60,000 nt of DNA from Lama glama (Eukaryota). Where the stretch lies: assembly GCA_028534125.1 (NCBI GenBank), contig CM052818.1:3846001-3906000 (forward strand), given 5' to 3'. The translations under genes were made by a program, and so were the position numbers. Positions within the stretch are counted from its first letter, which is position 1, and every line of letters starts with the position of its first letter. This document shows, in pieces, positions 37,303 to 50,359 of the stretch. The notes below the pieces were generated by a model, which was not told where the DNA came from, ran no database searches, and saw only the letters and a list, made by a program, of their open reading frames with translations.

Positions 37303-37736
37303 CTTTAAGAAAAAAAAATGAACTGATGTACAAAAAAGAAGCAGACTCACAGACACAGAAAACAAACGTACGGTTCCCAAAGGAGAAAGGGGGTGGGGAG
37401 GGATAAATTAGGAGTTTGGGATTAGCAGATACAAACTACTGTAGATAAAATAGATACACAACGAGGTCCCACTGTACAGCACAGGGAACCAGAGTCAATA
37501 CCTTGTAATAATCTATGATGAAAAAAGAATATGAAAAAAAATATGTTTAATGGCATCATTATGCTGTGTGCCAGAAACTAGCAGCACACTGTAAATCAAC
37601 TAGACTTCAACTAAAAAAATACAAATGCAAAATTATAAGCGCCCCTCCCAGAGCCTTAGAAACGCTAGAAAGGACCCATTTGAATGCGGGTCCCTGAAAC
37701 TTAAAGTCCATCAGCTTCGCAGTAATTCTACCCCCG
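37250..37736 (-). mobile_element. MER53-like hAT element split by an L1 insertion
   Basis: The minus-strand 5' half reads ggtagaattactgcgaagctgatggactttaagtttcagggacc and the 3' half reads tttttcttaaagaagcctccccagattgtacaagcatcagacccc. Both match my recollection of the MER53 consensus. Confidence 0.7.
37318..37620 (+). mobile_element. L1 3'-end fragment
   Basis: cagactcacagacacagaaaacaaac...gggataaattaggagtttgggattagcagatac...gtaaatcaactagacttcaa plus A-tail. Confidence 0.9.
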
Positions 37737-39269
37737 GCCATGCATCCTCCCTGGATGGGCTCCATGCCCAGGACGAGGCTGGCAAATCTATTTAAATCTG
37801 GGCTTCAGTTTCCAGCCCATTTACTGCCACACTCAGCCTCGGTCTCCAGTCCACAGCAACAAAGGCAACCCTGAGGTTTTCATATATTGTTCTGACGTGG
37901 GGGGCGGTCCTCATTTCTGTTTGTTTACATGCTTAATCGCCTCCAGGACAGTGACCCCTCCAATGTCTCTTATTTTAACTTAGCCCCAGAGGGGCCCTGG
38001 TAATTGGAACAAATATGTTTTGACAAGTGTCCATGAATTATTAACCCAGGAGCAGTGAGAGCCCTCACTGACGGGCGGTGGTTTGCTGCAGTTCTGGGAC
38101 CTGGTAGGTGTCACAGACTCTGAGTGTTACTGCTGAAGTTGAAGATACTGAGATTCTGTCACGTGGCGAGACGGGGCTGGCTTTTCAACGTTTAACATGC
38201 AAGAATGAATTAGCAGGTTTATTCTGCCACATCGAAGGGCTATGAGCCAAACTCTGTCAAAAATAGGACAGGAAAATAGCTGCTGATGATTAGATCCTCT
38301 TAAAAGCTGGCAAAGCCATTTCCCTGGAATCGGCTGGTAAATAGTGATGCCACAGGGCACTCCGGGATACAGCAAGGCTGGCTTGCTAGGGTGTGAGGTT
38401 ACCCAGGGGTCCCTCCGCCTCCTCTCCCTCCATCTGAGGCCCCATCCTTCTCTCTCTGGTTGTCTTTGAAGCGTGTCAGAAAGAGCTCAAGGAAAAGGGG
38501 CCCTTTCATGAGGGGCAGCTCTGGCCTGTGAGCTCATGGCAACTTGCTTCTTCTAAATACCAACGCGGCCATCCGGGTGAGAGGGAGATGAGTGGGGTAA
38601 AGGGGCCAGAGACATGTTGGCCTGTCCTGCTCAGGTGCGGGAGGCCCTGTGAGCAGTCAGAGGAGTGTCAGCTCCTGAGAGGGAGGCTGGAGGGCTCTGC
38701 GCCCCCCACAATGTGCCCCCAGCCCTCCAGGTTCCTCTGCTCCCTCCCAGGACGAGAGGCTGGCGCTTGGGAGGTGTCACATTCCAGTGCTCTGAAGTGG
38801 AATTTCAGAAGCATCCTCAGCAGCTGGTCGGAGCTCTGTTTCCTGCCCAGACAAAACTGGCAGAGTCCGGGCAAGTTTTATTTGGCGAGATGAAATTTAA
38901 GTCATTTTATTGCTGCTGAGAAGTCCTGGATGGGCAAGCCCAGAGACCAAAATCTCTTTCTCTCACAGATCTTATATATTCGAACTGTTATTTCTGGACG
39001 TAACTTTAGCCATTATCTAACTTCCCTGCCCATCCTGCCCTGCATTTTATTGGAATACTATTACCTGGCATCTGCAGTGGGGCTCTCCTCAGCCTCCATC
39101 CTCCCATCTCTGATTATTCCTTGCCCACCTCCTCTTGGGTTCTTGTGCATGCATTTCCTTAAACGTCAGCATGCCCCATGGATCCATTGTTTTTGTTTTT
39201 GCATTTTTTTTAGAAATGTATATACTTTTGATTGTGTCTAAAGTGAGAGTCTACTTTTTTTTTTTACCT

Positions 39270-39285
39270 TAAAAAATTAGGGTAA

Positions 39286-39335
<50 letters not shown>

Positions 39336-39415
39336 CATAAAACTTACCATTGCAACCATTTGTAAGTGTCCAATTCAGTGGCATTTGGTTCGCTTACAAT
39401 GTTGCACAACCCACA
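39270..39415 (-). mobile_element. Old L1M 3' end containing a (TA)n microsatellite at 39288-39330
   Basis: cataaaacttaccattgcaaccatttgtaagtgtccaattcagtggcatt. Confidence 0.75.
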
Positions 39416-39419
39416 GACA

Positions 39420-40520
39420 CACTCTTGGTCCCTTGATGTTTTTCTAAAACTCTCCACGGACCGTCTCATTGCCTTTCGTAGTTTACACTCTCATCTAGAT
39501 GTTGATGACTTAAATCTTTATCTCTAACCTAGATCTCTCCTCATGCTTCAGGGTCATAGTCGGGGTCATTCCACTGTCTGGTGGGCCCTACTGACACTTC
39601 AAAGTCAACAGGTCAAACTGAGCTCTGTGTTTTCCACCTGGAACCTGCTGGTTCCCCTCCCCTCATTCAGTGGTACCACCTCTCAATCCAGGCTGGAACT
39701 CTGGAAGCCAATCTCACTTTTCTATTTCTCCCTCTCTCCCCTCCTGATGTCACACCCTCTTATCAGTACATCTGCTCCTTTGACCACTTGAGTGCATCTT
39801 GAATCCGCCCTTGTCTGTCTACACCTCCTCCAGGACAATTAATTAGGTTTAGAGCCTTATGAGTTCTTCCCTGGCCAGTTGCAAGTTGCCTCTTCGTTAG
39901 TCTGTCCACCACCATTCGGGCCACCCCCAGTTCCATCTTCAACAACCGCATCGACAGTCATCGACCTCAAATGTTACTCGGACAGCTCTGCCCACCCGTG
40001 AACTCTCGTGAACTCTCGAGCAGCTCTTCACTGGCTGCAAGACTTCCTAACATCGGAGAATCTGATGAAAGTGTTACACCTCTTTCCTCAGAAAAGTACA
40101 TGTTCACATTTATACTCATTAATTTTGATTACAATTTCAAGGGGTCCGTCAAGTCCCCAGCATCCATTTACAGGTCCCTTCGTACAAGACTTTTTAGTTC
40201 AAGGCCCTTCACGACTACGCCTCTCTTTTTTTCCCGACCTCCTCTCTCATCACCTCCCTCCTTAGACTTTGTGCTTTGATAAAACTCAACCACAGGCAGC
40301 CCCTTGAATACACCTCACCATTCTCTTTGGTTCTTCTTCTCCCTGAAACACCGTTTCTTCCTTTCATTGCTTAGGTAGCTGTTTTTCATCTTTCAAGTCT
40401 TAGCACACTCATGCCCCGATTCACTCATACCGTACACGTTTATTGAACACCTACTATGTGCGACACCCTTTATAAGTGCTGGGCATAAATGATGGACACG
40501 GTCTCTAGTCACAGACCTTG
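39420..40520. mobile_element. L2 remnants
   Basis: gatgacttaaatctttatctctaacctagatctctcc and gtttattgaacacctactatgtgc motifs. Confidence 0.65.
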
Positions 40521-41999
40521 CAGTTGAGTGGGGAACACAGACAAGTAAACACTCCCACTGAACTCCACGTTTGGGCTCTCGGTTCATATTGTATCTCAGC
40601 ACCTACTGTATATCACAGATATTACATCATTATGTGCTTGTTTCATTCACTGAACTATCACGTCTTTAGGGGAGCTTTGTCTGACTCCACTCATCTTTGT
40701 GCCTTTGAGACGAAATACAGTGTTTCAAACATAAAAGGACTTGTCACTCAAGTACTTATTAGACCGAAGGAAATGAGAATTTCGCAGACTAACACCTTCT
40801 ACAGCTAGTGGGTGGCAGAAAGGGTGCAGAAGCCAATATTGCCCCAAGCTGCTCACCTCTCCCTCTGTGGCTGCATCCCTGGAAACAGCTCACCAACCTC
40901 ACTTGCAAAGAGCTCAAGGCTAAGAATCAGCAAAATTTAAATTTAAACCCTCATTCTTCCTCTTATTAATATGTGGACTTTAGGTGAGTTACCTAACCTC
41001 TCTTAAACTTAATTTTCTCAGTGTGTGTGGAACTGAGATAATCCTTGCTTCACAGGATTGATCTGCTCTTATGTGGGATAAGGTACATAAATTCGGCCAT
41101 CCTGCAAGAAATGTGACTTCCCTTTCCATTCTCCCCTTGGCAGAGGCTCTGCTCAGGCAACAGAGTTTCATTCTTGTGAACGGCCTCCTGCAACTGTGAC
41201 TGAGCTGTGATGCTGGTGGGTGGTCCAAGGTTACATATTTGGGAAACCACAGGCCCTCACCTTGCCACCCTAGTGTCAAGAAAGGGGTTTTTCCACGTGG
41301 GTTTTTCCAGTGGTAAATTTAATAGGTCTCATTCAAGTTGATTAAACATTAATGAGGGAAAAACATAATTAAATACTATGATTTATTCTTGCTACCCGAG
41401 AGGTAATCTGGGCTAGAAATGGCAATAAAATTGATAGGCACTGAAGATACTGGATTCCTTAGCCTATGAAGTGGCCATATAGAAAAAATATTAGGTGAGA
41501 ATTACCTAAGCCTGTGTGGAACTCTTTTTAAAAAGCATGGTTGTAAAGTAATGAGGCTGTTCATGTAGTGAACACAGCAGAACCCCCACACCCAGATGCA
41601 TCTAATTGCCTCCAAACTAGTGGCTTTGGATGCTGGGGACTCTCCAATGATCCAGCCAGTACTCGAAGCAATTCTGGAGCACCATCTGTGGAACAGTTTC
41701 TGAAACCAATTTATAGGCCCCCAAATGAAAATCTTACACCTTCTAAGTCATGCTCTGTTTTTTATCAAGGAGGTCCCCAGCCGGGTAGCCCACCATGCAC
41801 CAGACCCGGTTCCCACAACTTCTGGGGCTGTTTTGATATCAAATGATGGTATCAACCCCTAATTCCTAATTCCTCTATTGAGGATATTCAACTATTGCAC
41901 CTTCAAGGTTATGGCAATTTCAGAGCAGGAGAGCAGATGATAACTGAAATTGTGACAGCATTGTTGGAAAAAATATACGGCTTCCCAAGGTAAATGTTT

Positions 42000-42132
42000 T
42001 TAATTTAATTTTTGGGAGGGGGAGGTAATTAGGTTTTTAATTAATTTATTTATTTTAATGGAGGTACTGGGGCTTGAACCCAGGACCTAGTGCTTGCTAA
42101 GCATGTGCTCTACCACTTGAGCTATTCCTGCA
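42000..42132 (-). mobile_element. Camelid SINE (Vic-1 type)
   Basis: Body as in the other copies. TSD caaggtaaat(g/a)tttt at 41986 and 42133. Confidence 0.92.
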
Positions 42133-43676
42133 CAAGGTAAATATTTTGAAGGAGTAGTATAATCTGAATGTGTAAATTCTGGTTTGCTATACATCTTATT
42201 ACTTTTTGCCTTATATAAATAATACCAGAAAAACTTAGATAAGCCATCATTAGTATGCAATGAAGGGGAAGATTGATGCCACTGTCCTACAAACCCAAGC
42301 TTTGAGGTCCTTATCATGGAAGGACTCTCTGTACCAAGATTTTCCAGCATCATCTTGGTTCTTCTGTCACCCTGACCCAGCAGAGACATTTCAAGTCACT
42401 CACAATGGTGAGGGTGATGCTAAGCAGATCTTGGAGTGATTCAGCACTCTCCTTCCATAAAATGGATACAGCTTGTTAATCAAAACCAAATTTTTAGAGA
42501 ATAATGCAGACAAGATGTAGCTCATTAGTACTCAGAATGCCTTAGTTCCTGTGAGTGGGCTGCTGAAATAGGATTACAAAGAAGGCTACTCAGCAATGTC
42601 CAAATGCTGTGACACTGGATGAGAAAGACTAATTTCTCATTTCCCTTTTTTGTTCCATTAGATACAGGAACTTCCCTTTCCTTTAAGGTAACTATTTATT
42701 TAATGTATGTGCTCCACTAGTCTTATTGATCATACTTCATATATTTGCAGCATTATCTATTATCAATAAGCAAGCAGACCTTCTGTATACTGTTAGCTGT
42801 TGCTTTAGATTATGAACTTGGGAAGGTGGAAACCGCGTTTATGATTTGAGGGACAGACGCTTACGAGAGGTGACCACGGTGATCTAGTCCATAAAACAAT
42901 CCCTCTAAACTGCATCGAAGGGTATATCAGGAAACCAACAACTCATTTTCTACACATGCGCAGCAGCAGGAGACACAGAAAGATGATCAAAGGCAGCCTA
43001 CCATCCTGGAAGGGGTTATTTCTGTTCATTTAGAAAGCCAGGACTGTTCTACAGAGCTCGCTCAAAGGGCAGCATGGGTTACGTGCAGTTAATCTCTAAA
43101 TGATGCTACAAACAACAGTGCTTGAGTCAGAGGGAGTGTGGGAGGCCTGCCAAGGTCAGCGAGGCATCCTGGGGCAGGTCCAGGCAGGACCTGGCAGGAC
43201 TTGCAGGGCTGGTGAAATCTGGGTAGATGGAGAGAAGGAGAGGGCATTCCAGAAGAAAAGGGAAATGTGATCAAAGGCCCAGAGTAGGGACAGACATAAC
43301 TCTATAGAGTGAGGAAGTATGAAATACAAATATTTGACCATCATCAAACATCATTATGTTAGGGATCACAAATTTTAAGGCCAGCAGCTTAAGGTCAACG
43401 GAGGTTGCCAGATTGGACTCGATCATGAACAGCCTTTGTTAGATACTTATTTTGATGAGTTTGTCCCTTGTAGATACAATCTCAAAAACCTTGAGCTTCT
43501 TAGATAACTTTTCTGAGTCCTTGAATTAAGGCAAGGCAGATAGAATAAAATTGCCTTAGCTGCACCTTTCATCCCTGCAAATGAAGCATTCTCCCTGATG
43601 CTGGATGGTATATGAAAGAAACCTGGGAATATTTCAGTTGTCATTTATTCAATTTAGTTGTCAATTTATTCAAAAA

Positions 43677-43804
43677 TTTTTTGGGGGGGGAAGGGAGGTA
43701 ATTAGGTTTATTTATTTTCTTATTTTTAGAGGAAGTACTGGGGATTGAACCTAGGACCTTGTGCATGCTAAGCATGTGCTTTACCACTTGAGCTACACCC
43801 TCCC
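43677..43804 (-). mobile_element. Camelid SINE (Vic-1 type)
   Basis: gtactggggattgaacctaggaccttgtgcatgctaagcatgtgctttaccacttgagctacaccctccc. Confidence 0.92.
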
Positions 43805-43809
43805 TCTGA

Positions 43810-44000
43810 TTTTTTTAAATTAAAAAAAATTTTTTAAATTGAAGTATAGTTGGTTTACAATGTTGTGTTAATTTCTGGTGTACAGCATAGTGATTCAGTT
43901 ATACATATATATTCTTTTTCATATTCTTTTTCATTATAGGTTATTACAAGGTATTGAATATAGTTGCCTGTGCTAGACAGCAGGACCTTGTTATTTATCT
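43810..44000 (-). mobile_element. L1 3'-end fragment adjacent to the SINE
   Basis: aattgaagtatagttggtttacaatgttgtgttaatttctggtgtacagcatagtgattcag. Confidence 0.9.
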
Positions 44001-45479
44001 CAACTGCTTTGTAATTTTTTTTTTAAATGAAACAAAACATGAAAGCCACTGCTTTGGGTGCTGGCGAAACTAACGTCTGTTGTAGCAACCACAGTGTGAG
44101 CAGAGGGATGCTGGTTCTGTATGGCTTGTGTCACAGACTCTTTTTGGGAGATATACATTGAATCACTGACCTTTGAATTTCCTTCGTGCCCTAATGAACA
44201 GGTGAGAAGTTGGCTGCTTTGCAAAGGGAAAGGTGCCTATATATCCTTGTGGGACGTTGTCATTCTGTAGGGAGCAGAGGGAAGAGTCGGCTCGCTCTTT
44301 GGGGGCATGCAAACAACACAAATCATGTCAGTCTCAAGTAACATCCTGACCAGAAGATGCACGTAAGGACCCGGGGCAGCTTGTGATGTGGTGCATTGTG
44401 ACTGTGAACTCCCAACCGGGACAGTATGGTCCCGAGTGGCTGCTGTCTCCTTTAGTTCTGTGACAGCTTAGTCCACTGATTTGTGCCAATTTTGGACTTT
44501 AAAGAGTTGGCATTATTTTAGTGTTGGCAGACAGGAGATCTCTCAGGCTTTCTGTGCATTTTAATCATATTTCCAAAACTATTTATCTGTCCTCCCTCCC
44601 TCTCTCCCTTCCTCACCCCATCCCCTTCTTTTCTCTCTCTCTCCACACGCATGTATTTTCTGGACCCTCTTTAAATTGTGCACATCTTCTTACAACTGTG
44701 CCTCTCATGACTGGATTTGCTAATCCAGAATGCTTGACCCCAAAGCCTCAACCCTTTGGAATGGCCCCAGTGACCCAGGAGGACGCATAAACGCACACAC
44801 TGGTCATTCACTAAAGCTGGTGTACTTCGGGCGCAGAATTTCAGGCTTTTATTCAGAGATTGGGAATTCTTATTTTATATACAGATGATAGAGGCTTGGT
44901 TGTCTGATCTCTGAGCACCCAGGAGATCAAAAAAAGGGTGAGGTATCTAGAACAGAAGACATATATATCATACAAAGAACTGAGCAGCCAGGAAAAGCAG
45001 AACCATAAACTTCAAAAAACACAGTGATCGGAAGACCTCTCTAGGGGGCAAACAGCCTTGGAAATCAAGGGTTTCATAGCAGTGATAATTAGGCAGATTT
45101 TAGTTCATAATAAGAATGGTAGAGCGTAAAATGTAAACACTCTATATACTTTATAACATCCATTTTTGTGCACAAAGGCTTCCGTAGGAAGGAAGATCTA
45201 GGAGGAGGTGAGGGATGAACTCAGTGGGCTCACCCCTCACCTAAATGGGCTGTTGGTTCCCTTGACTGACGATCTCGCTCCAGCCCTGCCTGAACTTGTG
45301 ACAGCGGTGAGAGCGGCCCATCCCCCATCCAGAACTAACCAGCAAAAACACAGTTCTTCAGAGACAGGTCTGTTTTTCCTTTTCACCTCCCGTTCCTGAA
45401 ACGAATAGCTTTCTTTGTTATCTCTCTATCTTGTTTTCTATTCAGCCCTTACTTGACTATTTTTGCCCTTCTATTTTTT

Positions 45480-46790
45480 TTGGAGAGGCTTACTCCATTG
45501 CTCTTCCCTAACATCTCAAGTTCAACGCTGGGCTAATTGACTTATGACTTTCTGCATTTCTAATGTAAACATTTAAGGCTAGAAATTGCCCTCTCAGACT
45601 CACTTGAGCTGTATTCCACATCTGTGGAATCTTCACAACTATCTCGTTTTCAGTGTTGCCTAATCTCCATTATGATGCTATTTTGGCTTATTAAAGACTG
45701 AAGTGGTCTGTTTGAAATTTACAAGCACATGAGATTTTCCTACATACAGTAAGCCCTGCAGCTGCATGCAGTTGGCTGTAAGGTGGTTGGTGATCGGCTC
45801 TTTCTCTCTGCCTAGACCCCACGCTCCAGAGGAGAAAGTCTAGAATTCTCATCTCCACTGAGGATGGGGGCGAGTGGTGGAGAGAAAGCAACAACTCAGT
45901 TCCTTGCAGCATATATTTCATTATCTTTACTTTTGGCATCGCGCCAACAGATGGGAAATATTTCACTGAATTTAAGCTGCATCTGCCGTAGGATGACTCC
46001 CACTATTTGATGAGCCATTAGGGAAAAACACTGGAAATTAAATTATGGTACATTATTATCGGAAAATTTCCCATTTCAGAGATGGTAAAACGTGAAAAAA
46101 GTGTATCAGAATTTATGGAATAACGGTAGTTTTTCATTCATCTCATAACTGTATAACCCCCATTTTATGCAACCAAAAATTTTTTGGGACCCTACTTAGA
46201 ATGTTTTGCTGTAGTCTTATTGTGTGTCCACTAGATCATGTTTAATTGCATGATTCAAATCACTTGTATTTTATTAATTCTTTTGGCTGCTTGATCTAAT
46301 CAGTACTGAGAGGACGGTATTAAAATCTTCTCTTGCGACGGTGGATCTGTCAATTTCTCTCTGTAATTTTGTCAGTTTTTGCTCTATATATGCTGAGGTT
46401 ATGTCATTAAGTACAGAATAGAATTTTTCCTTCTAGGTTAAGTGTTCCTTTTAACATTATGTAATGGTCCTCTTTATACCAATCATGTTTTTTAGCCATA
46501 CAGTTTAGTTTATTTAATATTATAGCTACATTTGCTTTCTTTTGGTATTCTCCCTATATAACTTTTCTCATATTCTCGTATTTTTATTTTCAATCTTTCG
46601 ATGTCCTTATATTTTATTGAATGCTGTTTTATTGTAAATAGCATACAGCAGGATATTTTTTAAACACAGTCTCTCAGTCTGTGTTTTTTAACTGCTGAGT
46701 TTGGTCCTTTATATTTATCTTGGTTATGGATTAGTATTTGGATTTAACTTTTATTTCTAAGAAGAAATATTACCATCTTACGATGTGCTT
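45480..46790 (-). mobile_element. Highly diverged ancient L1 (L1M) pieces
   Basis: AT-rich stretch with tactgagaggacggtattaaaatctt...gtggatctgtcaatttctc and ttgtaaatagcatacag motifs. Boundaries are approximate. Confidence 0.55.
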
Positions 46791-47142
46791 ATCTCAGAGT
46801 TTCCTGAAGCACAGATTCAGAAAAATCTTTTTTTTCCCTCCTCATTTACTCTCAAAACAAGGACATTTCAAACTTAGGGCAAACATTCCTTAAAATGCTT
46901 TGAGATAAAAATATTGAAAGTCAATTCCTCAAACATCCAAGAAAAACAAATCAGCTCAATCCTCCAAAACATATTTGAAAAGATTTTTACGCATACAAGG
47001 GTTATCAAAATAGAGATGCTGGCAAACTAGTTTTATTTCAGTTCATAAGCAACATTTGACATCTGAGTTTCGCATCCTGGTATTTCTGTGGTCTTCTGCC
47101 CTTTCTAATGACAGTACCAGAAACTATAGGTCATCTTGTTAA

Positions 47143-47193
<51 letters not shown>
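47143..47193. repeat. (AAT)17 perfect microsatellite
   Basis: Directly counted. Confidence 0.97.
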
Positions 47194-47194
<1 letters not shown>

Positions 47195-49799
47195 TACTAG
47201 GATATTGTTAAAAAAAAAAAGACCTTGAATTATGTATGGCAATACCTGGACTAGTTAATAAATAGGTGAGAATAACTTGTGACTAGTGTGTCAATTATTT
47301 GTAAATGAAAGGGTGTGTTTTGAGGTTCTTTGAAAACAAATTGTTCTTAGGAGGAGTTTAAGCACACTTTGGTCTGAAATATAATCTCATGTGTATTAGG
47401 TGGAGGTTGGCCAATTTGAGTTGCACTAAGGGAGACCGTCTCCAGTGTCACCAACAAAAGGTTCTTATATTTATTTTCCAAGTATAAAAGCCAAGCTCAT
47501 TTGTTATACTGTAAAGGACTGATACTGTTTGCCTTACTCTCGCACTAGCTTACTGTTAGTTCTGGAATTACAGGCTCTCAGTGTTGAAAAGAATCTGAAA
47601 GCTTTTCTCGTCCAGTTGCCTCAGATCTGAGCATGAATGGCCTTAACACAGTTCTGCCAACCCATCTGCTTGCCTGCACTTGAATACAACCAGGACGGGG
47701 AGCTCACTCCCAGATATATGTAGCAGCCAGTTAGAAAGACCTTTTTTAAAAACTGAGTCACAGACTGTCAGACCAGCCTATTCTATTCCTTAAATCTACA
47801 CAATAAAAGCAGATGCACCTTCGGACAGCCCTTCCAATACTGGAAACGGCCATTAAATCTTTCTTCGTGTCTTCAGGTTAATGAGTCTCTATTTCATAGC
47901 CTATTCTACATAATCTACCATATTTGGTAATTTTTCCCCACATATTCAGTTTTTCTAGGTTTTCCCTTGAAACATCTTTACCATTTAACACAATACTTGA
48001 AAGGAGATTTTTACCCCCACCAAGTTGAGACGTTCCATCACTTCTTCTGTCTCAGACGCCACACTTCCGTTAACTCACCCGGAAGTCAGAGTCTCTTTGG
48101 AAACCTATCCCTGCGCTGGTTCTTATAAAGCCTAAAACTTCAGTGCAGGAAACTAACATGGGGTATCTACTGTGTACCTACCTGGACTTCTGCCAGCTAT
48201 TTAAGGACCAGGATTTTAGCCACATTGATCTGATCCCAAAGCCCATGTCTGCTCGCACTTTCCTTCTCCAGCTAAGTCTCTCTCCTGTGTTTTGCTAAGC
48301 CACATCTTCCCAAGGGCATATCGCCTACAATTACAACATTATTATTGTTGTGCAACTATCCTTTGTCAAAGGCTGATTATAAGAAGCTAATGTATCACTT
48401 GTAGCGCCAGGGCTGTGGTTGGTGACTCCTGGAACAAAGTTCCCTTCAACCCAAATAATGGAAAAGCAAACTGGAGTCTGTTCCCTTTCCAAAGGACCAA
48501 ATTATAAATTAGGGGCATTCAAATTAATGCCATTTTGTTAATACACTTGGAACATAAAAAGGCTGGATTCATTTTCCAAAGATACTGCTTTGTGCTTCCT
48601 TTGAATGGCCTCCCACTGCCCAGACTCCATCTTCTGCCACTCAAATCCCCTGCAAGGTCAGTCTCCTGTTTTCCCTCCAATCCATTCTCCCCTTGTTCTT
48701 CCAGGATAATTCTTTACTGTCTGTGAAGAGATGGTGGCTAAATGGGTAAGGAGAGAGATGGGTGTGGGAGTGAGCTGGACAGGGAGCGGACTGATGGTAG
48801 GATGAAGAAATCTACAAGGAAAGTCAATGTGTGAGCCTGGCCCCACCCACCTTAATGGGTGGTTTGGAAGGGACTTGGTGTCCTCCAGGGGTTGTTTCCT
48901 AGAACTGAGAAACAGTTTAGGGAAGGTCTTGTTGGAGAAAGGACACTCAAGGGACAGAGTATTGGGGCTGAGGAAATCATGAGCTGCCTACGTGTTATCT
49001 TTGAATTTCCAGAATGATTTGTCCAGCTCCCTTTTGCAGGAAGGTCTGAATGCCTTGTTGGGTAACCAGGAAGTAATCCACCAGCCTGTTGAATGGACAT
49101 GCCTACAAGTGTGTGGTGCTTGTATCAATTTACTCATCCAAAGGCCGGTGAGCAGGCTCATGAGTCTTTGGAACAGATGAAGAATTTCTGGGGACCTGTA
49201 TGATACTTACCTTTTGCATCCCAAAATGTAACATTTACATCTTGGAGTATATATCCTGCCACAGCAACTACGCATAGGCTTCTGGAAGGCAAGGATGGGC
49301 TATTCTGCTCTGAGTCCCTAACACTCTGCTTACAATAGAATTTCACTGCATTTTGGTCCTGATCTTTGGCCCCATTCACCACCGGTAACCGCTTCGCTAC
49401 ATTTCTTTCCTAAATGAAGAGGTCCACATGCTTATAGCGGCTGGTATAAATTATCTACCCCCAAGAGAGCTACGTATTTTGATTGATGGACTGTTTTGCT
49501 TACTTTGGAAAAGAAATAGAAGAAAAAAGTCCTCTCTGATTTCTACTTTTTCTGGAGTGAGCAGTAATTTTTTTACTATGTTGGAAGGTGAGATGGCCAC
49601 TCAGCACAGGCTACTGGATTCATTCCCCATCAGGCTGTTGAAATTCAAGATGTTTTGGCAAGGGCAGTCATGCCAATTGCCTGTTTACCTAGATAGCCAC
49701 CTGACTACAAAGCTGGGCTGGATTTGTATTTTCCCAAGTCACTTCAAAGCCACCTGGAACAGAATTGAACTGACTTACAAAATGGACCCAGGAAGTTGC

Positions 49800-50350
49800 C
49801 TAGAATAGAATTCTGCAGACGGTGCTGGAAGGTGGGCCCTGTCCTCCATCTGTGGCCTCTCTTAGCCACAGCCTCTGCAGCATCCATCTGGGCTCCAGCA
49901 CATTCCATCCTGAGTGAGCCCCAACCAAGGCCATCTGTGCAGCCTCAACCTTGGCTGGCAGCATCCAGATGATTTGAGCTGCCGTAGCCTCAGTTTCTGG
50001 TATTCTGGGGTGAACCCAGGCCACACCAGTGTTCCCCAAGTCACAGCTTTTCTCTACTTCCCTAAATTCTTGTTCTTTGAAGATGAAAGATGTTTATTTC
50101 CTGAATGAGGAGATACTGGGATTCAACATCAAAACTGAACCCTGGATTATGTATAAATTAAAGAAACTCCAAATGTGGGCAACTGGGGTTCACTTCTGAA
50201 CACAACAACTTGCTTGATAACAACCCCTTTACTGGACCATTTCTTCATCCCTTTTCTCACTTCTGTCATCCCTTATCCCAGCTTCCTGGGATCTCCTCCT
50301 CCTAAATAAACTACTTACATTAAAAAAAAAAAGTTTTTTAAGGGCTCAGT
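49800..50350 (+). mobile_element. ERVL-type solo LTR remnant (LTR16-like)
   Basis: 3' motif cttcctgggatctcctcctcctaaataaactactt resembles ERVL LTR poly-A regions. Confidence 0.45.
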
Positions 50351-50359
50351 TCCAGCTGA

